Assembly (NCBI GenBank): GCA_030765455.1
Contig: JAVCCM010000093.1
Span: 1 to 14,789 of the forward strand
Length of the DNA stretch: 14,789 bases
Source: Candidatus Electryonea clarkiae
GTDB lineage: Bacteria > Electryoneota > Electryoneia > Electryoneales > Electryoneaceae
Direction of reading: 5' to 3'
Shown here: positions 7,257 through 14,789 of the stretch, piece by piece
Layout: every line of letters starts with the position of its first letter
Numbering within the stretch: position 1 is the stretch's first letter
Notes under the pieces: generated by a model
The model's input: only the letters and a program-made list of their open reading frames with translations
What the model was told of the DNA's origin: nothing
The model's database searches: none
Position numbers and translations under genes: made by a program

Positions 7257-7296
7257 GAATTCAATTCATAATTCCTAATTCATAATTCTTAATTGC
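7257..7296. repeat. Short tandem repeat, (aattcataattcYt) x about 2.5, between the yqiJ-like stop and the flotillin start.
   Basis: gaattcaattcataattcctaattcataattcttaattg is visible in the sequence. Confidence 0.6.
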
Positions 7297-7300
7297 TTTT

Positions 7301-7897
7301 TCACGCTTTTTCAACTACAAGGGTATTGTCACCCATAAGCTCTTTAACTTTTATCTTTACACCGGTGGGTAGTTCGTCACCATCGGTAACAGCATCTACT
7401 TCTCTCAAAGAGCTGTGTACAACAATCTGGACTTTGCCTGTTCCCTCTCTCTTTGACGGGATGGGGAGATAGACGTTTCCGTATTCGCCGACTGTGCTCT
7501 CATAGGAGGTAATAGTTCCGCTTTCGCTCAATTTGTACATCAGCCTGAATAATACCGCGAAAATTACAGCAGCGATTATTCCGGATAAAGATGCTACCGA
7601 TATAGTTGCAGCTTTATGCCAGCCCGCCCTCTCGCAGACAATTCCTATCCATCCGAAAACGGCGAAGAACATGATCATATTCTTTACCGAAAAAAACTCT
7701 ACCGCACCGAATATACCTCCGGCTGCATCGGCAGCATCGAGACCAATGTCCGCATCTGCACCGTCAGCGCCTAATCCAAACAATACTGATATTACCGAGA
7801 TAAACCCGAAAAGGGTAAAAGGGAGGGCTACATACCAGAAAACCTTCTCAAAAGCGGGTATAGCTGACCAGGCTTCTACAATGGAAAGTTCAATCAC
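7301..7897 (-). CDS. yqiJ: NfeD-family / YqiJ-like membrane protein (flotillin-associated, C-terminal OB-fold).
   Basis: 198 aa. Two or three TM helices, an acidic Gly/Asp/Ala-rich linker (GLGADGADADIGLDAADAAGG), and a C-terminal beta-rich region (GTGKVQIVVHSS...GVKIKVKELMGDNTLVVE) typical of NfeD short homologues. It lies immediately upstream of flotillin on the same strand. Confidence 0.75.
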   Translation of the reverse strand: MIELSIVEAWSAIPAFEKVFWYVALPFTLFGFISVISVLFGLGADGADADIGLDAADAAGGIFGAVEFFSVKNMIMFFAVFGWIGIVCERAGWHKAATISVASLSGIIAAVIFAVLFRLMYKLSESGTITSYESTVGEYGNVYLPIPSKREGTGKVQIVVHSSLREVDAVTDGDELPTGVKIKVKELMGDNTLVVEKA

Positions 7898-8083
7898 TGA
7901 TTTCTCCTTGCTGGAATTAGATATTTTCTATTTTATTAATTTGATTCATTTGAGGTGAAAAATCAATACTTCTGGCAAATTGAACCGTGAATCATACTAT
8001 CTCCAGGAGCTTTTTAAATACCTGTTTTTCATTTCTTGGAAGACTAAACCGATACATTATTTTCAGAAAATATTAGTGAGGTA

Positions 8084-8112
8084 TTGACAATTCGATTCTT
8101 TATATTTACAAT
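8084..8112 (+). promoter_or_regulatory. Consensus sigma70-type promoter TTGACA-17 bp-TACAAT.
   Basis: ttgaca (8084-8089), a 17-nt spacer, tacaat (8107-8112). It sits in the AT-rich 490-bp divergent intergenic region, about 270 bp upstream of the cheX-like start. Confidence 0.45.
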
Positions 8113-8384
8113 AACATTGGAAGAATATTTAATACGAAATTCCATACAATATTTAGGAACAAAGAGCGCAATCACTGAAGTTCTGCGAAACATCTATGAT
8201 TGAAGTTGCAGTTATTGAACAACATGTAAATTGCATCATACTCAAAGTGATACAATCACCATGTTTTCTTGAAAAGAGATAGGCTGGTATTCCATTAATT
8301 ATCAAAATTGTAAACCTGGTATTTCAGGATAACACCTTTTTCCAAGCTTTAAGAACCACCAACCTGTAGGGAAAGGAGAAATGT

Positions 8385-8858
8385 ATGACTGATGAATATG
8401 TAAAACCGTTCGTTGATGCGCTCCTTTCGACCATAGAAACGATGTCCGGTTTAAAACCCACACCGCAACCATTTTATATAAAAGGAGATGAGCCAACTCC
8501 GGGTGATGTTTTCGGTATGATCGGAATTACCGGCAGGACTTTTGTGGGATCGATTGCGTTAATATTTCCCGAAAGGCTGATTGATAGCGTAATTCAGAGG
8601 ATGACAGGTGATTTTGGCAAAGAGACCATCAGCAGTATGAAAGACGCTACCACTGAGTTGGCAAATATAGTGGCAGGCGGCGGGAAGAGGATCCTTGCCG
8701 AACGTGGTATATTAATTAACATTGCCTTACCGGGTAAAATTGGAAACAATCTGAAAGAGATGAACTACGGAACCTTTGCGAATGTATTTGTTATTCCCTA
8801 TGATATGGAGGGAGACAGGTTCCATATGGAATTAATGCTGAAAAGTATCGCCGCTTGA
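8385..8858 (+). CDS. cheX: CheX-like chemotaxis phosphatase (CheC/CheX/FliY family).
   Basis: 157 aa. E-x2-N motif with a Pro about 22 residues later (ELANIVAGGGKRILAERGILINIALP). The size is typical of CheX. There is a strong SD (aggag, 8374-8378) 6 nt upstream of the ATG. Confidence 0.65.
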   Translation: MTDEYVKPFVDALLSTIETMSGLKPTPQPFYIKGDEPTPGDVFGMIGITGRTFVGSIALIFPERLIDSVIQRMTGDFGKETISSMKDATTELANIVAGGGKRILAERGILINIALPGKIGNNLKEMNYGTFANVFVIPYDMEGDRFHMELMLKSIAA

Positions 8859-8973
8859 ATTACCCAACCCGGCCAATTGGAACCAAATAATATTACAGGG
8901 ATGCGCAGGATTAACAGGATTTATTCTTTGCACTTTTGTGACTTTACACGAAAAGAAGATTTCTGATTGATGC

Positions 8974-9888
8974 TTGGAATTATTCAGGCATTTTTTTGTG
9001 GTTCATCAATGCTGTACCACTGTCGATGAGGTTATTTTGAATTTCTCGGATCATGGGATAACAGGCAATATAATCGCAATTTTTCTTCTTGCAGTCGGAT
9101 CATTCTCAATTGTGATTCTTTACCTTTTTCTTTTCCAGTCTCGTATGATTTATTTCCCCAAGCGTGACATTTCATCCACACCCGATATGTGGAACCTGCC
9201 ATACGAGTCCATTCTATTCGAAACCGTGGATGGTAAAAAACTCAATGGCTGGTATATTCCCGCTGAAAACAGCCGGGGAACAATTCTGTTTTGTCACGGT
9301 AATGCCGGAAATATTTCAAACCGTATGGATTCCATAGTTTTATTCAATCGTCTTGCACTTTCAGTTTTCATCTTCGACTACCGGGGTTACGGATTAAGCG
9401 AGGGGAAGCCAAACGAGAAGGGGACCTACCGTGATGTAGAAGCTGCATGGAAATACATGGTAGAAGACAGGAAAGAAAACGCCTCAGAAATCATTCTTTT
9501 CGGCAGGTCACTGGGTGGAGCTATCGCTTCTTATCTCGCCACGATCCAAAATCCCGGAGCGCTGGTCATTGAATCCAGTTTTACAGATATCCGTGATCTT
9601 GGCAGGGAGTTATACCCATATCTGCCGGTGAAAATGCTCTCACGTTACAGGTATCGGACAATTGACTATGTAAAAAATATCGACTGTCCAATATTAATAA
9701 TACACAGCTTGTATGATGAGATGATCTCGATTGAGCATGGAAACAAAATCTTCGAAGCGGCGCATGAACCTAAAGAGTTCCTCGAAATCAGGGGAAGTCA
9801 TAATGATGGGTTTCTGCTATCGGGGAAAGAATACGAGACGGTGTGGAGTAGTTTTATTGATAAGTATATTCACAAAGAAAAACTTTAA
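8974..9888 (+). CDS. Alpha/beta-fold hydrolase (serine hydrolase, GxSxG = GRSLGG) with a possible N-terminal TM anchor. Start codon uncertain.
   Basis: ILFCHGNAGNIS (oxyanion HGxxG region) and GRSLGG (nucleophile elbow). A hydrophobic N-terminal stretch NIIAIFLLAVGSFSIVILYLFLF. The ORF opens with TTG at 8974; alternative in-frame starts are GTG 8998 or ATG 9144. Confidence 0.7.
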   Translation: MELFRHFFVVHQCCTTVDEVILNFSDHGITGNIIAIFLLAVGSFSIVILYLFLFQSRMIYFPKRDISSTPDMWNLPYESILFETVDGKKLNGWYIPAENSRGTILFCHGNAGNISNRMDSIVLFNRLALSVFIFDYRGYGLSEGKPNEKGTYRDVEAAWKYMVEDRKENASEIILFGRSLGGAIASYLATIQNPGALVIESSFTDIRDLGRELYPYLPVKMLSRYRYRTIDYVKNIDCPILIIHSLYDEMISIEHGNKIFEAAHEPKEFLEIRGSHNDGFLLSGKEYETVWSSFIDKYIHKEKL

Positions 9889-9973
9889 TTCTAATTTTCA
9901 TCAGGAACTCCATCATGTCATAAACGTTATGATGATAATATCATGGTACATTGATACATCAGATTGAAGGGGT

Positions 9974-10004
9974 TGTCATTCTCGGGTCAAGCCCGAGAAT
10001 GACA
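9974..10004. other. Perfect 13-bp-stem / 5-nt-loop hairpin (tgtcattctcggg tcaag cccgagaatgaca). Possibly a bidirectional terminator or a protein-binding palindrome.
   Basis: Visible in the sequence. It lies 86 nt after the hydrolase stop and 115 nt before the HD-GYP start. No U-tract follows. Confidence 0.5.
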
Positions 10005-10119
10005 GAATACTCCGATATATATGAACTGATTCAATAGTATCATTCCTGAATTAGTTGCAAAAGGATATTCGGGTAATAAAGAAGATCGAAGTAATATTCT
10101 AAAAAGATTGGTAACTTAG

Positions 10120-11199
10120 ATGCCAAAAGTATCAATATCAGCAGTCACACCGGGGTCAGCATTAAGCTCAAATCTCTTCAAGAGTGGTAAAACTCTCTTT
10201 CGTAAAGGTCATATCCTCTCTCAAAGAGACATCCGTCATATAAGGGAAGCCGGATTTCGTCAGGTTACCATTGAGGATGATTCCTTTGAATCACCACGGA
10301 AATCAGGAACAATCAGCAACGAAACCCGTGAACATGCGGTGAAGACAGTTGAGACGGTTTTCGGAGACTTTGAGAATATTGATTCCCGAAAATTTGAAAA
10401 AGTAAAAGCCAGCGCTGAAATGATCGTAGAAGAAATCACCGGCATGGATGAGCTGGCGATTCATACTCACGATCTGCGTACTTATGATGACTATACCTAC
10501 CGTCATTGTGTGAATGTTACTGCTGTCTCAGTTGCCATCGGAAGATTAGCGGAATTCTCCCAAGCTGATTTGAGAACCCTGGCAGCAGGCGCCCTGATGC
10601 ATGACATTGGTAAAATGAAGCTGTCGGAAGCAATCCTGAATAAAGAGGGAAAGCTCGACCAGGATGAACGACAACACGTAATGGAACACCCTGTCCTGGG
10701 ATTTAATCTTCTCAGCGAAAAAACACAAAGTTCCCCGATAATCTGGGCGATTGCCCGGCAGCATCATGAAACGTTGGATGGTAACGGTTATCCCGATGGC
10801 AGAACCGGCGATCAGATTCATCCCTGGGCGCAAATTGTCTGTGTTGCCGATATCTGGGATGCTCTAAGAAGTGACCGTCCTTACAAAAAAGGTTGGTCGC
10901 CTGATAAAGTACTCGAGCATATGAACGGCTCCAGGGTAAAATACAAGTTCGATCCCAAGGCACTGAATATTCTGAACCAGATTGTCGTTCCATATCCAAC
11001 AGGTTCAAAAGTATTGTTATCGAACGGAATGATTGGAGAAGTACAGTCGCAAAACAATGAAGACCGGAGCAGCCCGGTTATTAGAGTTTTCTGGTATAAG
11101 AGAGGAATGCCTGTTGATAATCCCGACAAGCATATAATCGATCTTACCAAAGAGAGTGGCGTTATTATAGTCGAAACATTATCACCTGATGAGATGTAA
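10120..11199 (+). CDS. HD-GYP domain c-di-GMP phosphodiesterase (with an N-terminal uncharacterised domain).
   Basis: MHDIGKMKL (the HD motif), HHETLDGNGYP (the HHExxDGxGYP signature of HD-GYP) and a downstream VADIWDAL. 359 aa. Confidence 0.85.
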   Translation: MPKVSISAVTPGSALSSNLFKSGKTLFRKGHILSQRDIRHIREAGFRQVTIEDDSFESPRKSGTISNETREHAVKTVETVFGDFENIDSRKFEKVKASAEMIVEEITGMDELAIHTHDLRTYDDYTYRHCVNVTAVSVAIGRLAEFSQADLRTLAAGALMHDIGKMKLSEAILNKEGKLDQDERQHVMEHPVLGFNLLSEKTQSSPIIWAIARQHHETLDGNGYPDGRTGDQIHPWAQIVCVADIWDALRSDRPYKKGWSPDKVLEHMNGSRVKYKFDPKALNILNQIVVPYPTGSKVLLSNGMIGEVQSQNNEDRSSPVIRVFWYKRGMPVDNPDKHIIDLTKESGVIIVETLSPDEM

Positions 11200-11228
11200 T
11201 GATCAGGAGTGAATGAATAGCTTCTCAA

Positions 11229-12401
11229 CTAAAAAGAAATACCAAATTCAATCCATTCAGTATTAGTTACAGGGTGACCTTCGCCTGCATCCCAAAATGA
11301 TTTTGAATAATTGATATTCGTCCTTGTCATTATTAATTTGTAAAACTTTCCGTAAGATTTCCCCTGTTTTTGTGATCTGGTATATAGATAATTTGTTATT
11401 CCATTGCTCTTGATTGTGAAACCAGAGGTGGCGTTGAAGAGTGATCCCCAGGTATCATAGTAATTACCCCATCTGTATAAAAACGAATTAAAGAAATTGA
11501 CCTCGCGTCCTACACCTCCGGTGTTTATCCACTCTTTGCTAACATTGTGTACTTTTTGTTTGTTGAAATCCTGTGCATATATAAATGAGAATAGATGGTA
11601 ATCCGGCAGCTCACAGCGAAACTCAAGTCCATATCCCTTTCGTTTTATCGCTGGAAGTGGAACATTATATTGTAAATCACAGCCCAAATTTGAGTTTGAA
11701 TAACCGTAACTTGGAATGATATCGACCCTAAAAGGTTTTATTGATTCCAGCGGTTTATAATTAAATACTTCAGTGAGTGCATTGTTTAGCGGTAAACGAA
11801 AAAGGACACCCCAATCATATGCTTCAGCGCTTTGATCATTTTCTTCGTAAGAATGAAAATCCGCCCGGTGTAATTTGATTGCGTCAGATTTGTATCCCAC
11901 TCCCATTTCGATGAAATGTCGTAATCCGACAGACAAGGCATAGGATTCATTTTTATCCCAAGGTTCAATCTGGTAAATAAGATCCCCTTCATTATTCCAG
12001 ACTTCAACTCTACCGAGATTTAAAAAGCTTCGGGAATATTCAATCCCGATTGAAATCTGCCTTGTTCTCTCACCTTCCTCTTTATAGAAAGTCCAGCCAG
12101 CAAATAAGCTTGTATAATTAAAATAGAGGTCGTCTATCTTAAATGCTGGCAAATAATCAACATAAGAATGTGATGCTGCAAAGTTGTGGTCAAGGCTGAA
12201 TATTCCCATACTTCCGGGATTAAAATGACCTGACATTGGATCAACCAGCGCAGTTTGAGCTTCACCCATACCTGTTGCCCTGGCGCCAGGTGAAATGAGT
12301 AAAAAGAAAGGAGCAGTCTCATTGATATGGGTTTCTCCATTGGATACAATCGGGAGGAGTGTAATCAGGGTAATCAAGAAAAGAAGATAACCGTACCTCA
12401 T
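11229..12401 (-). CDS. Outer-membrane beta-barrel protein, FadL/PorV-like (PorV/PorQ-type), paralog 1.
   Basis: Signal peptide from M at 12401 (MRYGYLLFLITLITLLPIVSNG; the longer ORF to 12470 is probably not used). An N-terminal motif PGARATGMGEAQTALVDPMSGHFNPG resembles the FadL-family plug motif (sARalGMGgA..A.aDD.sA...NPAg). An aromatic-rich beta-strand pattern, and a C-terminal ...WIEFGISF with a terminal Phe (OMP signature). About 60-65% identical to paralog 2. Confidence 0.7.
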   Translation of the reverse strand: MRYGYLLFLITLITLLPIVSNGETHINETAPFFLLISPGARATGMGEAQTALVDPMSGHFNPGSMGIFSLDHNFAASHSYVDYLPAFKIDDLYFNYTSLFAGWTFYKEEGERTRQISIGIEYSRSFLNLGRVEVWNNEGDLIYQIEPWDKNESYALSVGLRHFIEMGVGYKSDAIKLHRADFHSYEENDQSAEAYDWGVLFRLPLNNALTEVFNYKPLESIKPFRVDIIPSYGYSNSNLGCDLQYNVPLPAIKRKGYGLEFRCELPDYHLFSFIYAQDFNKQKVHNVSKEWINTGGVGREVNFFNSFLYRWGNYYDTWGSLFNATSGFTIKSNGITNYLYTRSQKQGKSYGKFYKLIMTRTNINYSKSFWDAGEGHPVTNTEWIEFGISF

Positions 12402-12561
12402 AAAAGACAAGATATCTATATCTTTTCGAAGATTTTGAAGAGTAATCAATCTAATAGAATCATTAAGCATTTTACAGTCTTTCCTTGGTTAACTTTTACT
12501 TAAGCGGTTCACTTTGCTAAATTAATCTTATGTGTTAGGGTTTAGATATGAAACCAGCCAG

Positions 12562-13749
12562 TTAAAATGAAATACCAAGTTCTATCCATTCAGTATCAGT
12601 TAAAGGCTGACCTTCGCCTGCGTGAAATAATGATCTGGAATATTTAAAATTCATGCGAGTCATCACGAAATCATACAACTCGCCTTTAGCCCATTCCTGG
12701 TGTTGAGAACTAAGGTGAATGATTTTTAATATTCCGCTACTTTGAAAAGTGAAACCGGTTGTTGATCGTGAAGCTCGTCCCCAGGTGTCATAATAGTTAC
12801 CCCAACGATATATGAAAGAATCGAAGAAAGTAATTTCACGACCTACACCGGATGTTTCTATCCATTCTTTACTCCTGAGATCGGCTCTATCCCTATTAAT
12901 ATCATGAGCATAAATGAAGCCAAGCAACGGAACAACCGGTAGGTCAAAACGAAATTCAAGGGCATACCCACTGCGATGCACTTCCGGGAGAGGATCATCA
13001 TACATCTCATCCCCGCCCAGATTTGATTTTGAAAATCCATAACTTGGGATGAAATCGATTAAGAAGGGATATATTGATTCAGACACATCGTAATGGAGTC
13101 CCTCTTTTAATACAGTATTCGTGGGCAGGCGGATCAATATTCCCCAGTCATAAGCTTTGGCGTTCACTTCATCATCATATTCAGGATTACCAATATTAGA
13201 AAACTCGCTCAGATGGCTCGTGATGTAATTCAATTTATAGCCGATTCCCACTTCAGCCAGGTAGCGAAAACCGATAGAAACGCCGTAAGAGTAATTGTTC
13301 TCCCACGATTCAAAAGAACCTAGGTCTTCGTTGTTTTCACCCCTGCGTTCGGTTTTCCCAAGGTTCAGAAATCGCCTTGTCACTTCAATTCCACCAGATA
13401 TTTCGAGGGGATTATCAGGTTGCTTTTCATACAACTTCCATCCGGCAGATAATTGAGAATAGTTGAGATATAAATCATCTAAATTAAACCTAGGCAACCA
13501 GTCAGCACTGGTATAAGAGTATGAATAATTATGATCAAGACTGAATACACCTTTACTTCCGGCATTAAAGTGCCCCGACATGGGATCGACCAATGCCACC
13601 TGTGCGTCACCCATACCTGTCGCCCTGGCACCCGGAGTTATCAACATAAAACGGGCACTGGCAGCATTAGCGTGATTGTTTGAAAATAATAGAAACAGCA
13701 GAAGAATAAAAATTAATGATCTGGTACTATCGTTTGTGAATATTTTCAT
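12562..13749 (-). CDS. Outer-membrane beta-barrel protein, FadL/PorV-like, paralog 2.
   Basis: A clear signal peptide MKIFTNDSTRSLIFILLLFLLFSNNHANA, PGARATGMGDAQVALVDPMSGHFNAG, and C-terminal WIELGISF. Confidence 0.75.
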   Translation of the reverse strand: MKIFTNDSTRSLIFILLLFLLFSNNHANAASARFMLITPGARATGMGDAQVALVDPMSGHFNAGSKGVFSLDHNYSYSYTSADWLPRFNLDDLYLNYSQLSAGWKLYEKQPDNPLEISGGIEVTRRFLNLGKTERRGENNEDLGSFESWENNYSYGVSIGFRYLAEVGIGYKLNYITSHLSEFSNIGNPEYDDEVNAKAYDWGILIRLPTNTVLKEGLHYDVSESIYPFLIDFIPSYGFSKSNLGGDEMYDDPLPEVHRSGYALEFRFDLPVVPLLGFIYAHDINRDRADLRSKEWIETSGVGREITFFDSFIYRWGNYYDTWGRASRSTTGFTFQSSGILKIIHLSSQHQEWAKGELYDFVMTRMNFKYSRSLFHAGEGQPLTDTEWIELGISF

Positions 13750-13776
13750 ATTATCTCCCGATATTGAGTCAAAAAA

Positions 13777-14789
13777 TTAAAATGAAATACCAAGTTCTAT
13801 CCAAGCGGAATCAGATATATCATAATTGCTGCCTGCTTTCCAGAATGACCTGGAATATTTGAAATTCAGCCGGTTCATTACAAAATTGTACAATTCGCCT
13901 TCAGCCCATTCCTGATCCTGCGTGGCGAGATGAATTATTTTTAGTATTCCTTTACTTTGCAGTGAATAACCCGTTGTGGACTTGAAAAGGTGTCCCTCGG
14001 TGTCATAATAATTACCCCAGCGATAGACGAATGAATCAAAAAACGAGAACTCCCTGCCAACGCCCCCGGTTTTGTATCCATTATCTCCTGAAGGGATGTC
14101 ATACCTGATATCGTTATCTCCTGAAGGGATGTCATACCTGATATCGTTAAAATCCTGGGTGTATATAAAAGCAAGCAAAGGCACAACCGGCAGATCAATT
14201 CGAAATTCCAAAGCATAACCTCTTCGATTTATTTCCGGGAGAGGTTGTCCATATACTTTATTGTCTCCCAGGTTAGAATTCGAATAGCCAAAACTTGGAA
14301 TAATATCAATAGTGAAAGGGTCAATTAACCTTTGAGTATTTATATTATACACCTCTTTCAGTGCATTATTTATCGGCAACCTTAACAGGATACCCCAATC
14401 ATATGCTCTCGCATTACGATCATTCCCGGAATTTGGAAAATTGCTTCCCAAATGTGATGTAATAAAATCAGTTTTGTAACCGATTCCCAACTCGGCGATA
14501 TACCGCAATCCAATCGAAACTCCATAAGTGTAATTCCGCTCCCATAAATTTCCAGTACTAATGATTCCATATAAATCATCTCGCACTACATACTCACCTT
14601 CATCAATAAATCTTTTTGTAACTTCCAGTCCGCCTGATATTTCCAGAGGATATCCAATCCTCTTATTATGTGTGCCCAGCATGGAGTGGACGCCTGATTT
14701 TGTTAATACACCCCGATCTGGGGGAAGTAAAACCGATTGGCAAGGGCGTTGCTGGCAACGGCAGGGTCTGAAGGCAGCCATAGGCAGCA
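13777..14789 (-). CDS. Outer-membrane beta-barrel protein paralog 3, 5'-incomplete or N-terminally replaced (open to the window edge).
   Basis: Homology to paralog 2 runs from about residue 43 (YPLEISGG; about 14655 downward) to the C-terminal WIELGISF. The region 14660-14789 is unrelated to the paralog N-termini (no signal peptide, no PGARATGMG motif) and the frame stays open to the end of the window. It contains an in-frame 33-bp tandem duplication. Confidence 0.6.
   Translation of the reverse strand, partial: LPMAAFRPCRCQQRPCQSVLLPPDRGVLTKSGVHSMLGTHNKRIGYPLEISGGLEVTKRFIDEGEYVVRDDLYGIISTGNLWERNYTYGVSIGLRYIAELGIGYKTDFITSHLGSNFPNSGNDRNARAYDWGILLRLPINNALKEVYNINTQRLIDPFTIDIIPSFGYSNSNLGDNKVYGQPLPEINRRGYALEFRIDLPVVPLLAFIYTQDFNDIRYDIPSGDNDIRYDIPSGDNGYKTGGVGREFSFFDSFVYRWGNYYDTEGHLFKSTTGYSLQSKGILKIIHLATQDQEWAEGELYNFVMNRLNFKYSRSFWKAGSNYDISDSAWIELGISF
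14081..14146. repeat. Perfect 33-bp tandem duplication (2 copies of ttatctcctgaagggatgtcatacctgatatcg), in frame within paralog 3, encoding DIRYDIPSGDN twice.
   Basis: Copy 1 is 14081-14113 and copy 2 is 14114-14146, identical at all 33 positions. The protein shows FNDIRYDIPSGDNDIRYDIPSGDNGYK, in a segment that is variable between paralogs. Confidence 0.9.

Noticed and set aside
7001-7258. 85-aa + ORF in the yqiJ-flotillin intergenic region, and 64-aa (8302..8496) and 78-aa (9731..9967) small ORFs
   Set aside because: They sit in AT-rich intergenic or gene-overlapping regions, have no RBS, and overlap promoter or hairpin elements. There is no support.
7533-7958. 141-aa + strand ORF antisense to the yqiJ-like gene
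   Set aside because: It is the opposite strand of a well-supported NfeD-like CDS. Its Ala/Ser/Pro-rich translation mirrors the Gly/Asp/Ala linker.
10260-11228. Five - strand ORFs (61-115 aa) overlapping the HD-GYP gene
   Set aside because: They lie antisense to a gene carrying intact diagnostic HD and HHExxDGxGYP motifs. Their sequences are low-complexity.
11786-14579. Internal - strand ORFs (60-91 aa) inside the three OMP genes
   Set aside because: They are alternate-frame ORFs nested within longer, homologous, signal-peptide-bearing genes.

Overview
The window divides into two parts. Left part, about 1-5600: an accessory, island-like region. Right part, about 5600-14789: ordinary housekeeping, signalling and outer-membrane genes.

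Left part, in order:
- 1 to about 105, + strand: the 3' terminus of a group II intron. Domain V matches the canonical GAGCCGUAU...ACGUACGGUUC, followed by a domain VI-like hairpin.
- 263..1798, - strand: a 511-aa SIR2_2-family protein (motifs VLFIGTGIS, IITTNYD, KIHGC) with an uncharacterised C-terminal domain of about 250 aa, so a candidate NAD+-depleting defence effector. The gene is bracketed by two copies of a 36-bp direct repeat (228-263 and 1936-1973). Each copy contains a 10-bp-stem hairpin and lies immediately 3' of a minus-strand gene.
- 2544..3644 and 1987..2547, - strand: an ATGA-overlapping pair, a 366-aa polytopic membrane protein and a 186-aa soluble protein. Neither has a domain I can recognise.
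- 3856..4113: an orphan C-terminal fragment of flotillin. Its roughly 156-bp DNA block (3932-4087) is about 88% identical to the 3' end of the intact flotillin gene (5696-5851).
- Between those two repeats: a Doc-family toxin (4097..4534, motif HCFQDGNKR) overlapping a 339-aa RhuM-like protein (4531..5550).

The junction 12-mer aggttatccca recurs at 1975-1985, 4077-4087 and 5841-5851. This suggests a tandem array of insertions into the flotillin 3' end, but no integrase is visible in the window.

Right part, in order:
- An intact flotillin (yqiK-like, 5602..7062) and an NfeD/YqiJ-like membrane protein (7301..7897), forming an operon on the - strand.
- A consensus sigma70-type promoter (TTGACA-17-TACAAT) at 8084-8112.
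- A CheX-like phosphatase (8385..8858), an alpha/beta hydrolase (8974..9888) and an HD-GYP phosphodiesterase (10120..11199).
- A 13-bp perfect-stem hairpin at 9974-10004.
- Three tandem paralogous outer-membrane beta-barrel genes of the FadL/PorV-like type, each ending in C-terminal ...WIELGISF. The third paralog carries a perfect in-frame 33-bp tandem duplication (14081-14146). It lacks the paralogous N-terminal signal-peptide and plug region and runs open to the window edge.

I found no rRNA, tRNA or CRISPR array. All family assignments come from motif recognition by eye and have not been verified by search.
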